The notes: a model not told the origin generated them from the letters alone. 61,313 bases of DNA, filler included, from Sluysia triapertura (GCA_046118255.1; 4 parts of 4 records of this genome joined end to end with filler, not necessarily neighbours in it); one strand, 5' to 3'. Positions 38,846 to 52,299 are shown, counted from the whole stretch's first letter. A program made the numbers and translations.

Positions 38846-40559
38846 CACAAGTGGTGCTAACAATTCACGGTCGATTGCAGAATATCGAGTATGTTGAGCA
38901 GACAACTTATGAGAGTAGAATTCGATGGGTCGATAATTATTTCACAATTCATTCTTGACAGTTGTAACGATTTTTATTTTTATTATCGCTGCTTTATAAC
39001 TTGAATCCACATTTAATACATTCAATTTACAAAATCGCATTTACTTTACATCGAAGACAACAAATGGATTATTTATTGTAATCCAATATTAAATAAATGC
39101 TACAATGAATTCTTTTTTCCATTAAGATACTAAATCTACAAGAAAAGTTCCTGATCTTAGAAAAAGAAGTACAAATAATTCCAATTAATCGAGAATTAGT
39201 AAAAAATCAACGAATGAGCATTTTGTTATTTATGGATATAATGGTAATCGCAAAACGAAACGGGTTGATAATTAATTTTTTAAATAAAATTTAACTACTT
39301 ATTATTAAAAATAAATAATAACTGTAATTTTACATTATCTTTCAGATCTCGTGTTAAAATTATCGATTATTGTGCCAGAAAAAATGTCCAAATGACAACG
39401 AATTTAAAAAATATAAATAATAAATTAATAGCAAAAGATAGTAATATTATTCTATTTCGTATGGAAAAGTCGCAGTGTAGTAACTTCATTAATTTTACTA
39501 TTATACAAACTTATTGTCGGTTAGTATTCAATATTTTATTTACAAAGTTCAAGTACAACAATTTCATTAAAACAAAAGCAAAATTATATTTCTAATTATA
39601 TTATATAAGAATAATTAGTTTGACGCTTTTAGACAAAATGTTTTTTTAAAATTTTTATTACGTTAAATTTTAACACAAATATATTACTGATATGAGTAAA
39701 TAAATAAATAATTTCAGAAATATTTATCTGTAGAAATTGTTTGATAAATTTATCGTATGCATTCAAGTGTTTCTCATTCGTTCTACTTCGTGCTCTTTAT
39801 AATACTTATTTATTATATTTATAATAATAATAACGTAATATTTAAATTATTATTCACTACGAATATAATTAATACATCATATTAAGATAAAAATTCGAAA
39901 TTATGTGAAATAATTAAATAATTATTTAATTCAAAAAACATTAAAGATTTATTTTACGAGACTAAAATATTAACTGCAAATTATTATTGTTTCAGAGAAG
40001 ACAGAGAAGAAATTTTAACATATATTATTGATCTGAATAATCCAGAAAATTTCGANNNNNNNNNNNNNNNNNNNNNNNNNNNNNNNNNNNNNNNNNNNNN
40101 NNNNNNNNNNNNNNNNNNNNNNNNNNNNNNNNNNNNNNNNNNNNNNNNNNNNNNNNNNNNNNNNNNNNNNNNNNNNNNNNNNNNNNNNNNNNNNNNNNTA
40201 TTATTACCATTATTATAATTATTATTATTACCATTATTATAATTATTATTATTACTATTATCATTATTATTGCTCTTATTATCATTATGTATAATATTAC
40301 TTGTATTCGATATTTGTATCTAAGATATCTAAAAATAGTAGCATTTATTCGGTCGTACGTTTATCAGCTAGAACAACACCAAATAATGAACTCTTTGTTC
40401 AGAGCTTATTAGTAATTATTTTGGAAAATCAAATCGAAAATGTTATTAAAATGCTTCATTGGATTTGGTTTTTGTGTCCATTAATTATCCTCTAATTAGA
40501 TTCTAATGTTAGCTACTGCTAGTATCTCCACAGGGGTCTAAATTCCGTAAAAATGAATA

Positions 40560-42080
40560 TTTATTATTATAATTAATAATATTAGTTATAATAATATTAA
40601 TAATAATTATTATTATTTAGTACCGAGAAACAAATTATATCGGAAAAAGGATATTCGAAATGATTTGGAATGGTCTGTTTCATAATCGTTTCAAATTGGT
40701 CGATTTATATTGGATGTTTGACGAATTATTCAGCCAATGAATTTTGTCCATTAATTTGTCACAAATAATAAATAAACTACAAAGTTTAGATTGGATGTGT
40801 CGACTTTTATGATGTTATAAATTTAAGCGACGAATAAGTTCATTTTGGAATTAGACTTAATCTTATTAGAGATGGCGTATTGATACGGCGGCTGTCGGGA
40901 ATGAAATGTTGAGTCGAGTGGATTTTACTTAACACATTTGTAAGTAGTCTGACATCTTTGTCACTGACAAAGTAATTGATGATGTTATTGATGTAAATTT
41001 TGAAAACACGCAAATGTGCATCACGAAACAATCTTTTTCTTATCATTCATTTATTAATTTTCATCATGTTTGATCTTAAACTTAAGATGAGGTCGTTATC
41101 TGAGTCATATGACATGGATTTGTAATTAAAATATAATTCAGTTTCGAATTTTGGTTGGCATATATTTCAACTTCCATTTCGATCTTAAGTTCCATTGAGC
41201 TTATACTTATACTTTACAATAATCTTCCGTTTATTTATTACGATTAAGATACACTTGACATTTATTATTTGATGTTATAGGAGAAGTTTCGAAATAATCG
41301 ACGTTAGAAAATATCTTTCTAATTATCTGCAGAATTAATACTAATATCAAAATTTGGGCCTTTGAGAGACTAATTCGATAATTAAAATGTTTATTTTGTT
41401 CGATGAGACACTTTTTGAATGTAAAATTCTAAATCAGAATGACGCTTTTCAATTTGAGAATCAGGCACAGAGGAAACCGTGGCAAATCTCGATCATCAAA
41501 AAGAATTTTATTATTTTCAGATTTGACAATTTGAGACTAAAAATAGAACTTTTTTAACAAAACCGATCTCATAAATTAATGTTTATGGGTATTAGGGCAA
41601 TGGAACAACGAAAATCCAATAGTGCACGCGCCACTAACTCTTCCAGTCATTGATGAATAATTTAAAATGAACAAGTAGATCTATCGAAATCGAATTTCGT
41701 AAGCTGCATAACATTAATTGACACATCAGGACTGGAAATGATCAGAAACTTGTGATTATTGTTGAAGCCACAATGATTCTCGAATGATGCATTGTTTATT
41801 TTATTGACATATCTCAGACATTTATCAATCATTTCAGCTTTAGTAAAGATTAGTTTTCGTAGTTTAACATTATAAAATTGTCCATTTTTGTCAATAACAA
41901 AAGTTGTGGTAAATAACTTTGTCTTCATTATCATAATCAAGATAACACACGTGTGGTTTACTTTTAGTATTGAAATGATTATTTTCTACTGAAATATCGA
42001 ATTCTTTATTTTCACACTCAATAAATATGTTCACGATGATGATATTGTAGTACGTTTTAGCATTGAATCTACTTTCTTTT
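40560..42080 (+). other. (ATT)n and CCAAT/TATA module followed by a decayed ORF-like region
   Basis: ATTGG/CCAAT near 40695, 40709, 40733 and 40789; TATAAAT near 40815; then coding-like sequence interrupted by stops. Confidence 0.35.
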
Positions 42081-42188
42081 AAAAACTTCTTTTCTTTTCT
42101 TGATGAGTCACCCTCTTAAAGAGCCTTAATAATATAAGGCCTAAAAAGTATAATTGAATATATTTAAAAAATATGGAATTATCAGACG

Positions 42189-42258
42189 GGACTGATAGCT
42201 CAGTGGTAGGTCCCGGGTTCGATCCGCGGTCAGTCCATTTTATGAAGTCTAACAATAA
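42189..42258 (+). mobile_element. tRNA-derived SINE head lacking the anticodon arm
   Basis: GGACTGA..TCAGTCC acceptor stem, A box TAGCTCAGTGG and B box GGTTCGATCC. The 3' core is shared with the 38760 copy. Confidence 0.7.
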
Positions 42259-42369
42259 AATATGTACATAAAAATACATACTTTGATACTTAAAATATTT
42301 GTTAACACTTGATAAAGCTTAGGAAAATTAATTTTTTAAACTTTTTATATAATTTTGTACCATTACACT

Positions 42370-42495
42370 GGAAAATTATGAAATATTTAAGAAAAAGGCA
42401 AAGTTCTTTCTGTTTCAGAAATATTATGGTGAATGATTTATTTTAAGAGATTTTGAGTATTTATTTTGCCGTAGATATGAGCGCAATATAAATTA
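42370..42495 (+). mobile_element. L2 LINE 3' tail
   Basis: Matches the 10975-11095 and 13517-13640 copies. Confidence 0.75.
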
Positions 42496-42974
42496 TTATT
42501 ATCATTATAATAATGATAAATATATAGTTATTAAATTGTTTGTACTGTCTCTCAAAATGTTTAAATGATCAAATTATTAACAATAAGAACAGAAAGTGAA
42601 CAATTTACTTCTACAAAAAAGTTATGTGATTTGTCCTGTCGATCAAATTAAAAAATTTAAATAAACATTTGAAATATCGTGCTTGCAATGGAGTCTTATT
42701 ACGAGACACATTAAAACTTGATTATTCTATTGTATGGCCACTTATATTTTATAAATATTAAATAACCATTATGCTTATAGACTTAATGGCACTTCATAAT
42801 GTTGAGTTTTTGTTCATAATCATATTACTTATGTCCTGGTAATAATAATAAATAATTAGTCATAATTAGTAATATATACATATAATTATATACACACACA
42901 CCCACGTACATGATTATAGAGGCAATTCAATTATGACAAGTATTAGAACAATAATAATATATAAACTCTAATTA

Positions 42975-43119
42975 TTAGAATTGTGATTGTGCTTTGTGTG
43001 TTTTGTTTAGTGGTTTGATATGTTGTAGTTTGTTTAATAACTTGTTTATGTAAGATGCGTTAATTTGTGGTGACGTTTGCTTGTGATTATTGTTGTAATG
43101 TGATCTCGAGTTCACTACA
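42975..43119 (-). mobile_element. Repeat arm fragment (minus strand) with TGTAGTG terminus
   Basis: CACTACA at 43113-43119. The rc tract AAGTTATTAAACAAACTACAAC resembles 30431-30458. Confidence 0.4.
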
Positions 43120-43879
43120 CAGAGATTTAAATTCTTCGTTTAAAACATGTAATTTATTACATTTAACTGAGAAGTGATTAGTTCCAAATTTTGTACATTT
43201 GAATCTTTTTATCTTACTTTAAACTTCACTAACTTAGAGAAATGTGAATTAAAACATTTGTTTCAATGAAATTTGAAGTAGTACTGATGTAGCTAATTTG
43301 CGTTTCACTGATTTGCAGACATCTTGTAAATCATTTATTGATATCTCATTTGTTTTTATTTATAAATTTAATATTATTATCATTATAATTTGTGGTTTAA
43401 AAAAATTATATTAAAGAATTCGCCAGGATCCATGTAAAATACAGTTACGGAACTATTGAAACTTAAATTGTAATTAACTCAGAGATTTATGTCTAAAATA
43501 ACTGCTGAAATAGGTTTATGGCAAGATATATCTTAATTATTGGATTAGTGTTGAGTTTATAACTCGTTAAATAATATATTAATGACGCGCAAAAACTAAT
43601 TATTGAACGTATTTTAACAATTTTAGAACTGTGGAACAGAAGGTGGATGGGAAACGCATGAAATTATATGAAGAATTAATATAAAATGATGAATATATGG
43701 AAACAGTTATAGTTGTGTTAGAAGTTAAAGAATAGGTTGGAGTTCCAAAGACCTACATGAGTCTGAGACCTTATAAGGGTTTGATATTGACTTGAAAATC
43801 TAAAAAAGTATTAGGATACTTTAATTGAGAGAGCGAGTTATTAATATTACATGATCTGTTCAAAAGGTGCTTAAGGTAC

Positions 43880-44642
43880 ATTTCGAAATTTAAATTCAGA
43901 TTTAAACGCAGAACGAAAACAATGTAGACCAAGGTTTATTATATCAAATTCCAAAATAAATGCTTTGAATAAAAATTTGTTCTGCAAATAAATACAATAA
44001 AAATGAAGGAAATCCCGCGAGCCCATTCGGAGAAAAACAGTGGAATGTGAAACCAAAAAATAATTTATATTAACTTAAATTATACGGCATAGATCGAACT
44101 TTGATGCAAGTCTTCTTTCTCCGTATGAATTTTAATTTAATTTTAAAATCTTGTTCTAAATTTTACCACTGATATTTTAGCATTCGCGAATTGCTTATGC
44201 AGGCATTTTTATTTTCTGGACCGCATTTACTGTTTCACAGCTAATGGCGAGGTCCTATGATTAAGTTTAAAATTCAAATCTTATGTTGCGTTTATTGTGC
44301 ACGCTGATGCCTCTACATGTACCCACGCAGAAAGTATCTTGTTCATCATCATAATCATTATAAAATTTTCCAATTCTTATATTATTCGACATTGAAACTA
44401 TTAAAGTTACTGTAGATAAATTCTTTTTTAAATTCTGAGTTGACACTAGCATCTATTGATGGAATTTCACGTGAATTTATTTGGTTTCCACATAAAGGTG
44501 TAGTTGAACTTGAACCAGATGAAGCAAATTTCGGTTCTTCAAAATTCTGCAGTACTTCTTTTTGAGATGTATTTTCATTTTTATCATTCTTATCATTCAA
44601 CTTTCTTTTTCGTTTAAAATTAAGTTTACACGAATAATTCAT
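43880..44642 (-). pseudogene. Possible TBP/TRF-like pseudogene with a low-complexity N-terminus
   Basis: Frameshifted INAT*DLNFKLN..LAI..AIRE..SGKI..RLAS..YA/RII..GI*YNKP parallels the TBP core NIVSTVNLGCKLDL..IA..RIREP..SSGKM..RLAARKYARII. Confidence 0.35.
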
Positions 44643-45112
44643 AATTTTTTTATAATTCTAATTTTTATACTTCATTTTATATTTAACAATATAAAATTTC
44701 TGACTTTAAATTCTTAATACCACAATACTATTTATTTCATGTGCTTTATACAACAATATAACTTAGACTTCAAAAAACAAGGTTAGTCGAACATTTAAAC
44801 AAAACTCTATTTATTTTAGTAAACAAATCTTCATATTTGAGCATAAATTCGTTATCATAATATCAAAAAGATTTATCTCAATAAACAAATCTTCGTATTT
44901 AAAGACTGAAAATATTCTAGACGTGACTGTCTAACCACCTCTTCTGCAATTCTTTCTTCTATATCAATTTTAACTTTCCTTTCTTTAACAATTTCAATTT
45001 TTTAATTATTGGCTGCAACAATTTCTATTCAAGAAAAAGAAGTAATTATAATAAGTTTTGTTTCAAAAGAATTTAAAGATTGTTTTAAAAGAAAATGTTT
45101 ATGCATTTTTAC

Positions 45113-45257
45113 TGTAATATAATATTTCATTTTTTGTAATATAATATTAAAAATTCATTTAAAAATAATGCAATATAATATTTCATTTTTTGTAATATAA
45201 TATTAAAAATTCATTTAAAAATAACGTAATATAATATTTCATTTATTGTAATATAAT
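45113..45257. repeat. 56-bp tandem repeat, about 2.6 copies
   Basis: Unit YGYAATATAATATTTCATTT... starts at 45113, 45169 and 45225. Confidence 0.85.
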
Positions 45258-45355
45258 TGTAGTGGTCAACACTCATAACTAACAAGTACCTTAGAAATAT
45301 AAATCATTTGCATCAAAACCTTCAATCAACTACACCAATCTAAACCCACTTCATA
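45258..45355 (+). mobile_element. Repeat arm start (TGTAGTGGTCAAC), cut off by the gap
   Basis: Shares aacaagtacct..aatcaactacaccaa..aaacccac with 30510-30582. Confidence 0.55.
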
Positions 45356-46074
45356 NNNNNNNNNNNNNNNNNNNNNNNNNNNNNNNNNNNNNNNNNNNNT
45401 TAATTAATTAANNNNNNNNNNNNNNNNNNNNNNNNNNNNNNNNNNNNNNNNNNNNTATAATTGTTATAGAAAAATATAAAGAGATTCGGTTTTATTTGAT
45501 TTGAGTTATTTAAAAAGGGTTATTTATAAACGAAAAACACAACACTTAGAATATTCTTCCTTTACTCTATTTTCTCACGTTTTATTTTAAAAACACTGAA
45601 TTTGAGATACGCCATCAAATAATATTAAATACATATTATAATAAATGTATTTTGCAATAAGCAATCAAAACTATATTAAAGTGGTAATATTTTAAAAACA
45701 CGTCGAATAAAAATTTGAAAATTTTTGAAAATTAATGAAAAATGTAATAATTAAAATAACAAATGACAACAATATTCATTATTTACAAACACACTTTAAA
45801 GAATATAATTATAAACACTTTTGATCTTGAACAAAATGAACAACCTTTATGAATTTTGTTTATAAAAAGTTTTATTTACAATTTGTTTTAATTATACTTA
45901 AGAATTTTCATGAATTTGCTATTACTAATATTTTTATTTTAAGATTTCATATTATGATATTCTTCGTTTTTTGCTAAAGTGCTTTTTTGTTCTGGAATTT
46001 AATAAAATTAAATAATCTGATATTTGAAATTTTATTTTTTATTTTGAATTTTGCTTGTGAAATTTTATTGTATT

Positions 46075-47446
46075 ATGCCTTTACCAACAAGGGCAATAGT
46101 TCCTGTAAATGTTAGTAATGTTATTGTGTCTAAAGACATTCAAAATGAGTTAGAATTCGTAGCCAATGCTACTTTAAGTAATTTAACACGTCAATTAGCG
46201 TCACTTTGTTTGCAAGCTAGTGATATATTTTCTGATTTGACAGTGAGTTTGATTGAAATTTCAAATCGTTCTGAAAAACTGAACCAGCGCGTTGAGACTA
46301 TTAAAGAAACTTTGAGTCGTACAGCTATCCGTGAAGATGATATTATGCAAGGTGTCGTAGCTTTACAAACAAATCCATATCAAAGTAGAATGGAAGCTGA
46401 CCAACAAGTAAGTAGATAATTATTTTATTATCTGTTGTTAGATTTTGAATAAAACGTCAATGCCTAACGCTATACTTGACATTTTTAACCTTTGTGAACT
46501 GCCGCCAGCTTTAGATCAACTGGATAAATATAGATACGACAATAAACAAAGCATGAAGTTTTATACAGACCCAAGTTTCTTTTTTCATTTGTGGTGTCAA
46601 GAAATGTTACAAGAAAACAAACAGAAAAAGAAAAAGAAACGACGTAAAACCAAAAAACGATCAAATTCTAAAATTGATAATATTAATACTCAAGCAAAAC
46701 AATTTGCAGCTAGCATTGAAAAAGTATCGCCTAATAATAATTTAATGCCTAATGGTGGAATGGAAAATAAGCCAAATGTTACATCTCCTAAATTACCTAC
46801 TAAAATTGAGTCTATTCTACCAAACATGCAAATAAATAATTTCGAACTTCCACCACCATTATTACCACCTATGCAGTCTGAGTCAGTTAATTTGCCGCAG
46901 GTTCAGTTTAATTACGAAGATGTTGCTATTTATAATACAATAACGTCCCCTCAAAATATTGATGTGCCACTTTCAGATGATCAAACAGATTTACTGTCTC
47001 AAACAGCTGCTCCATATTTACAGCACAAATCTCCAGGAATTCGTGAACCATCAATTCAAACCACTCCACCACCACCATTACCAGAAATAAACAATTCCCC
47101 ATCTCCACCTCCACCTGCTGCAATATGTACTTCACCAGTAATACCAAAACAACAAATTACTAGAATTTCTAACACACCCTTATCACCATTACAACCAGTG
47201 CCCCCACCCCCGCCACCCCCACCTGTACCTCCTGCAATAGCAATTCCATTAGCAAATAATAATACAAATAACAATAGTATGAATAATGTATCTGAAGGCA
47301 ACAGTACTACTAGTGTAGCTCCACTTGATTTATTAACTGCTATCAGAAATGGAATTCAGTTGCGTAAAGTTGGTGGAGAGAACGATAACCGGCCTGTTCC
47401 AATCAGTGAAGCTGTATCAAAAGCTGAAAAGAAATTTGATGTTCAG
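46075..47446 (+). CDS. SCAR: WAVE/SCAR (WASF family) nucleation-promoting factor; exon 46075-46407, 34-bp intron, exon 46442-47446; terminal exon not found
   Basis: WHD MPLPTRAIVP..NELEFVANATLSNLTRQLASL..PPALDQLDKYRYD..KFYTDPSFFFHLW, a basic KKKKKRRK region, polyproline, and WH2 DLLTAIRNGIQLRKV. GT-AG intron 46408-46441; donor CAG|gtatg at 47446. Confidence 0.95.
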
Positions 47447-48049
47447 GTATGCTGTTTTCATTATTTGTATAATTTATGTGTAATAAATTTTTTATTTAAT
47501 AGTTTATTCAATGCACAATTTATTCTCAACTTCTTGTTTTTCTAATTTAGTTTTTTAAGTCTTTAAATTGGTATCAAGCTCAAATACATCTGAATATTAT
47601 TTTATATTATAAAAATCTTTACTCTATGTTAACAATTCAAATCTCTTTATAAAATTTATAGTTATTTTAAACTTTAATTTATTATGTCACTTTAAACTTA
47701 ATTGGAGGTATGAATTAGGATACTGGTCCTTACTGTTAGGATATAAGTGCTTAATGGTTTAATAATAATAATTCAGCAATTACACAATAATCAACGTTCT
47801 GCTATATATGTCTAAAAACTTATTTTTGAATGTTTGCTTTATTTAGTTTTAGGGTTTCACTCTCCCAAATGAAATTTAAAACAACAATAAATATTTTATA
47901 AATAAATTAAAAAGAAGGATTTTACACTATATAAATTTCGAATAATTAGTTTAATAGTTATAAATAAAAACGAATAATAAATAAAACTTATACAATGGTA
48001 ATAGGATAATTTTCGAGAAATGTGATTGTTAATAGAATGTAGTATTTAG

Positions 48050-48190
48050 ATGCGATTGAATCCTGTTGATACGACGCCTTTTGAATGTGGGACGACCAGA
48101 TGTAGTTATAATATTTGAAATTTTGTTTTTGTGAATGGTAGCTCCACTAAATTTTGGATTTATATAGTTTTTCCAATAATGTTATTAATA
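48050..48190 (-). mobile_element. Gypsy pol remnant
   Basis: PKFSGATIHKNKISNIITTSGRPTFKRRR resembles PxF..KHxVxHxIxTxGxPVFxRPRRL. Confidence 0.35.
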
Positions 48191-48929
48191 ATTTCCAATA
48201 AATCACAATTTAAACTGTAAATTGAATCTAAACTGCATGTGATAATAATTTTTACATACTATTTTAATATTTATAATTTTCATATAATAATTTGTAATAA
48301 TAATAATAATATCATAATTTCATAAATTGTAATACCAATACATAATAATTTTTTGCATACTATTTTTAATTTGTAATAATAATAATATAAGAATACTAAT
48401 AATAATATAATATTACTATTCGTTGTTTTAAAGTAATTTTAATTTAAAATATTATTTAATTTTACATTTACATAATTTAATTTTACATTTAAATATTATA
48501 TTACTTTTTATCAAAATTTAATTTAAAATATTATTTAATTTTAATTTAAAATATTATTTAATTTTACATTTAAATATTATGTATTATTTACATTTAAATA
48601 TGTTACATTTATTTAAATATTATGTTACAATAGTATTAATAACGATAATGATAATAATATATTTTTCCATTATAAATTTTCTTTTATAAAACTTAAATAA
48701 AATTCGCGTATTATTATCAGAAAAGAAATAATTAGTTATTTTTAGATAACGAATGAGTAGACAGTGTATGGGAGTTTAGGATCCTGACACGAATTATAAG
48801 GGGTTTGTATGTTTGAACACCACTTATTTAAAGTTTTATGAAGTATTGCTAGATCTATATTATAATTGTAAACAAATATTAGATTATTATTGAATGAATT
48901 AAAATTAAAATCAACTTTCAATTAAATAT

Positions 48930-49900
48930 TTAAAATGTTTTGTTGAATAATCTATTTAATTTATATATCATTATTTTTCTGTTAACAGGTTTCTTATAAT
49001 ATTTCAAGTCAAAATTATCAAATATATTATAGTTCAAATTTGTACATTTAATAAAAAATTGTTGTATTGAATAAAATTTATTTAATAATAAATGTTGATT
49101 CATCATAGAACATGTTATGGTCAATACGCTATGAAGATAGATAAACAAGAATAAATATAAATAAAAGTAAGAACGATCATTATCAAAAAATAATATAGAA
49201 CCCAAAAAACTATACCTTGAAATATATTTTCTTGTTAAATGAATGACATAACATGGTTACTTCTAGAAACATATCTGAACTGACTAAATGAGAATGGCCC
49301 ATCTTTGCAGGGGTCTTTGTTGAAAAGGATTGCAATATATATTGGTTCAATAATATTGTTTAAGACTTTTGTTATAATAACTAATATGAATCGATCGAAT
49401 AGAATTGACGACAAGATTTCTTGAAGAATGTTATTAAAATGTGACACTAAAGAATTCACCAAGTCCGAATGGACATCTACTAATTTTAATTCATAGTACG
49501 TAATCAGATGTTCTTTAAAAATTGTAGAAATAAAAATGATATTATCGTTTGTTGTATTAACTTTAACTTTAACATCCAAATATCGTTCTTCATATACATC
49601 ATGTCTAATATTATTCATAAGAATGAACTCATATTCACTTGAATGTCTTTTAACTAACGTATCATTTATTGCTTTAGATATTGGGAAAATATTGTCTAAA
49701 TCTTTTTTATTACAATTAAACTAGTTAAACACTTCTTTAGATCATAAGGAATTACGGCGTGTCTGCTAATAGATAATTCATTTACTGTATTTAACATATT
49801 ATTCGTTTTCATAGGTTCAATTAAGTACATGACTTAGAATACAAATTATTATTCATTGCAGATGAATTATTCTATGTAATAAAATTGTTTTTTAGTCGAA
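48930..49900 (-). pseudogene. Decayed intronless cargo ORF, unknown family
   Basis: Collinear minus-strand ORFs of 127 aa and 91 aa lie downstream of the module at 50040-50720. Confidence 0.35.
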
Positions 49901-50039
49901 ATAGTTTCATATCGATTGAGTAACCGTTTTAATACTATTATTTCGTGTTAAGTCTCAAATAATAAATTGCTGATGAATGAATCATGTTCACTAATATATT
50001 TGTGTATTAGTTGTCCGAGTGTAAGTTCTATCGCAACTT

Positions 50040-50720
50040 TTTAATGGCTGACCAATCAGGTGCAGATACATTAGATGTAAAGTTGTTTTTAAACGACTAA
50101 TGAGAGCAACTTCTTGTTGCTAGAGAAATTTTAATTAAAAGCTGTCATTCAACAACAACAAAAATAATGCTATTAAAATTGTGTCAAAGTTGACAGTTTA
50201 AATGATTAAAATAATGAAAATAATAATGAATAATGATAATAATAACTAGTAATAATGATGATAATAATAACTAGTAATAATGATGATAATAATAACTAGT
50301 AATAATAATGATAATAATAACTAGTAATAATAATGATAATAATAACTAGTAATAATAATGATAATAAAAATGTAATAATATAAATAATAATAATAATAAT
50401 AAAAATGTAATATGCATAAATTTCTGTTTCTTTTACATATTTCTTTATATTTTTCTTTAAAAAGTTTCTTTAAAACTTATTTCTTTGACAATTTCTTGGA
50501 TTTCTTTATTTACTTCTAGTTCTGTGAGGTGATATGAAGGTAAGGGTATCTAAGAATAGAGTAACAATGTTAAAGGTGTTAAGGAAATTCCATTTGATGT
50601 ATTAAATTACAAATTTAAAGATTTTGATGTTATGAATGGTTTAGCTGTTGTAGAATTATAAACTTTAATATATTGTAATGTAATGATTTAAAAGTTTGAA
50701 TGATGAGGTTGGCCACCACA
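50040..50720 (-). mobile_element. Repeat arm (minus strand): CCAAT module, 24-bp AAT/CTAGT minisatellite, skewed tract and TGTGGTGGCCAAC terminus
   Basis: GACCAATCAG near 50050, AAAGCTGTCA at 50138, five ACTAGT-containing units 50240-50362, ATGCATAAATTTCT, and GGTTGGCCACCACA ending at 50720. Confidence 0.55.
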
Positions 50721-51296
50721 CCGTGAAAAAGTAGTTTGATTGGCTGGCAGTTCGTTATTATTATTACTTGCATTATCTTGCCTTATGCATCATCTATAAA
50801 TCTGTAAAACCGCCATGTTTAACGTGATTCACACTGAGACTGGCACAGTTATTTTATTGACAGCTTTATGTAAACGATTAACATAGTTTCTGACCTGACT
50901 ATCTTGTGACAGTAATTAAATTACGAAGTATCTTCATCGTAACCAGTAGAAGGCCAAGAACAAAATAGAAATTCTTCTATACTTTCTGATTTACAAATAT
51001 GATCTTGTTAAAGGCTCTTTTTCGAAGGTGACACAATAACATTAAATTAGACGAAAATTGATATTTTGGAAGTATCGTTGAAAGGAAGGGGGACTTTCAA
51101 GTAAAAGAGCACAGTAACTTGGGAGATCTTATAAAAGAAAATTTCATTATCATATTAATTTATTTTAAGGTTTAAAATGTTCATGTGTTGAGTTTGATTT
51201 GAAATTTAGATTGTAGTAAGAGTGATATTTTGATATCGTGATTATTGAAATAATGAATATTTGTAATATTATTTAACAATCGAACAAAATAATCGT

Positions 51297-51547
51297 ATGC
51301 ATCATTTAACAATATTATTATTATTATTATATTATTATTATCATTATTATTATATCACCACGGTACAGTTATCAGCTTGGCCATTGCTATTAGTTTAGTG
51401 CTGTATACGAATTTTTCCAAAAACCCGGAAGTATTGGTAGTGATAGCCTTTGTCATCTTGCTCGAAGCCCTCGTTGTGTACCTTGTAGCTCATCTGACAA
51501 AGGACGAACAACAACAACCACAACAAGAAGACCAAACAAATTCATAA
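51297..51547 (+). CDS. Small membrane-protein ORF, paralogue 1 (ATG out of frame by 1 nt within a TTA repeat)
   Basis: LLYHHGTVISLAIAISLVLY..PEVLVVIAFVILLEALVVYLVAHLTKDEQQQPQQEDQTNS*, homologous to 56601-56756. Confidence 0.5.
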
Positions 51548-52299
51548 ATTATTTTTCTGAGTGACACAACAAGTTATTTCAGATTTTATTGCAATGAACT
51601 GTAAATAAATTTTAAAATAAAATAGACCAATCACTGTTCGTTGTTTGATTGGATTGGATAAAATTTATGGTAGAGGTTGGTTGATCTATCTACAACTTTC
51701 TTTATACACAGTGGGGGTCTGTTGTAATTTTCTTTGTTAGACAATGACTAATTAATCTACTTTCAAATAATAAGAAAATAAGAAAATCAAGATATAATCA
51801 ATAATTTAATAATAAAAATAGTACAATTAAGAAGAAAATCATTGTTAAAAATTTATTGCCAATAAAATTTAAATAACTGTTGTGTTAATCAATAAAATAT
51901 ATTTTACACTTGTGTGTGTGTCTGTGTGTGTACATGAATGGTATTTTTATGTGATTTTAAGGTAAATGATAAAATTATTATTTTTGTCGTTTTTCTGGTT
52001 TATTCAGTTTCTAAAAATAGACAATCACATTATTTATGTATTGTTAAAGACATTTAATATAATATTAACTATTTAATAATTAAAATAAAATTTCTAAATT
52101 ATACATTAAGTAATAATAATTATACATTAATAATTTACGTAATTTAATAATAAAATTTAATTAAAAATTTAATTATATAATTTAAAAATTACAAATAATT
52201 TATACAATAATATGTGGTCTTTGTCATCTCCACCTCCAAATGCCAGAATATCATCAACTTCACAAATCTCATACATGTTTAAATTAAATGAATAACAGA

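Larger units (their letters stand above)
36289..39034 (+). repeat. Dispersed direct repeat of ~105 bp (36289-36393 and 38930-39034)
   Basis: tcgataattatttcacaattcattcttgacagtt...aatacattcaatttacaaaa occurs twice with few mismatches. Confidence 0.9.

Noticed and set aside
42189-42236. tRNA gene
   Set aside because: No anticodon arm, and its 3' flank is shared with a second dispersed copy, so it is a SINE head.
43390-43860. Possible gag zinc-knuckle remnant (NCGTEG)
   Set aside because: Incomplete motif that cannot be supported.
46926-47301. Minus-strand Gly/Val-rich ORFs
   Set aside because: Antisense shadows of the WAVE polyproline region.
50240-50362. CRISPR-like array
   Set aside because: A simple 24-bp minisatellite without unique spacers, in a eukaryotic context.
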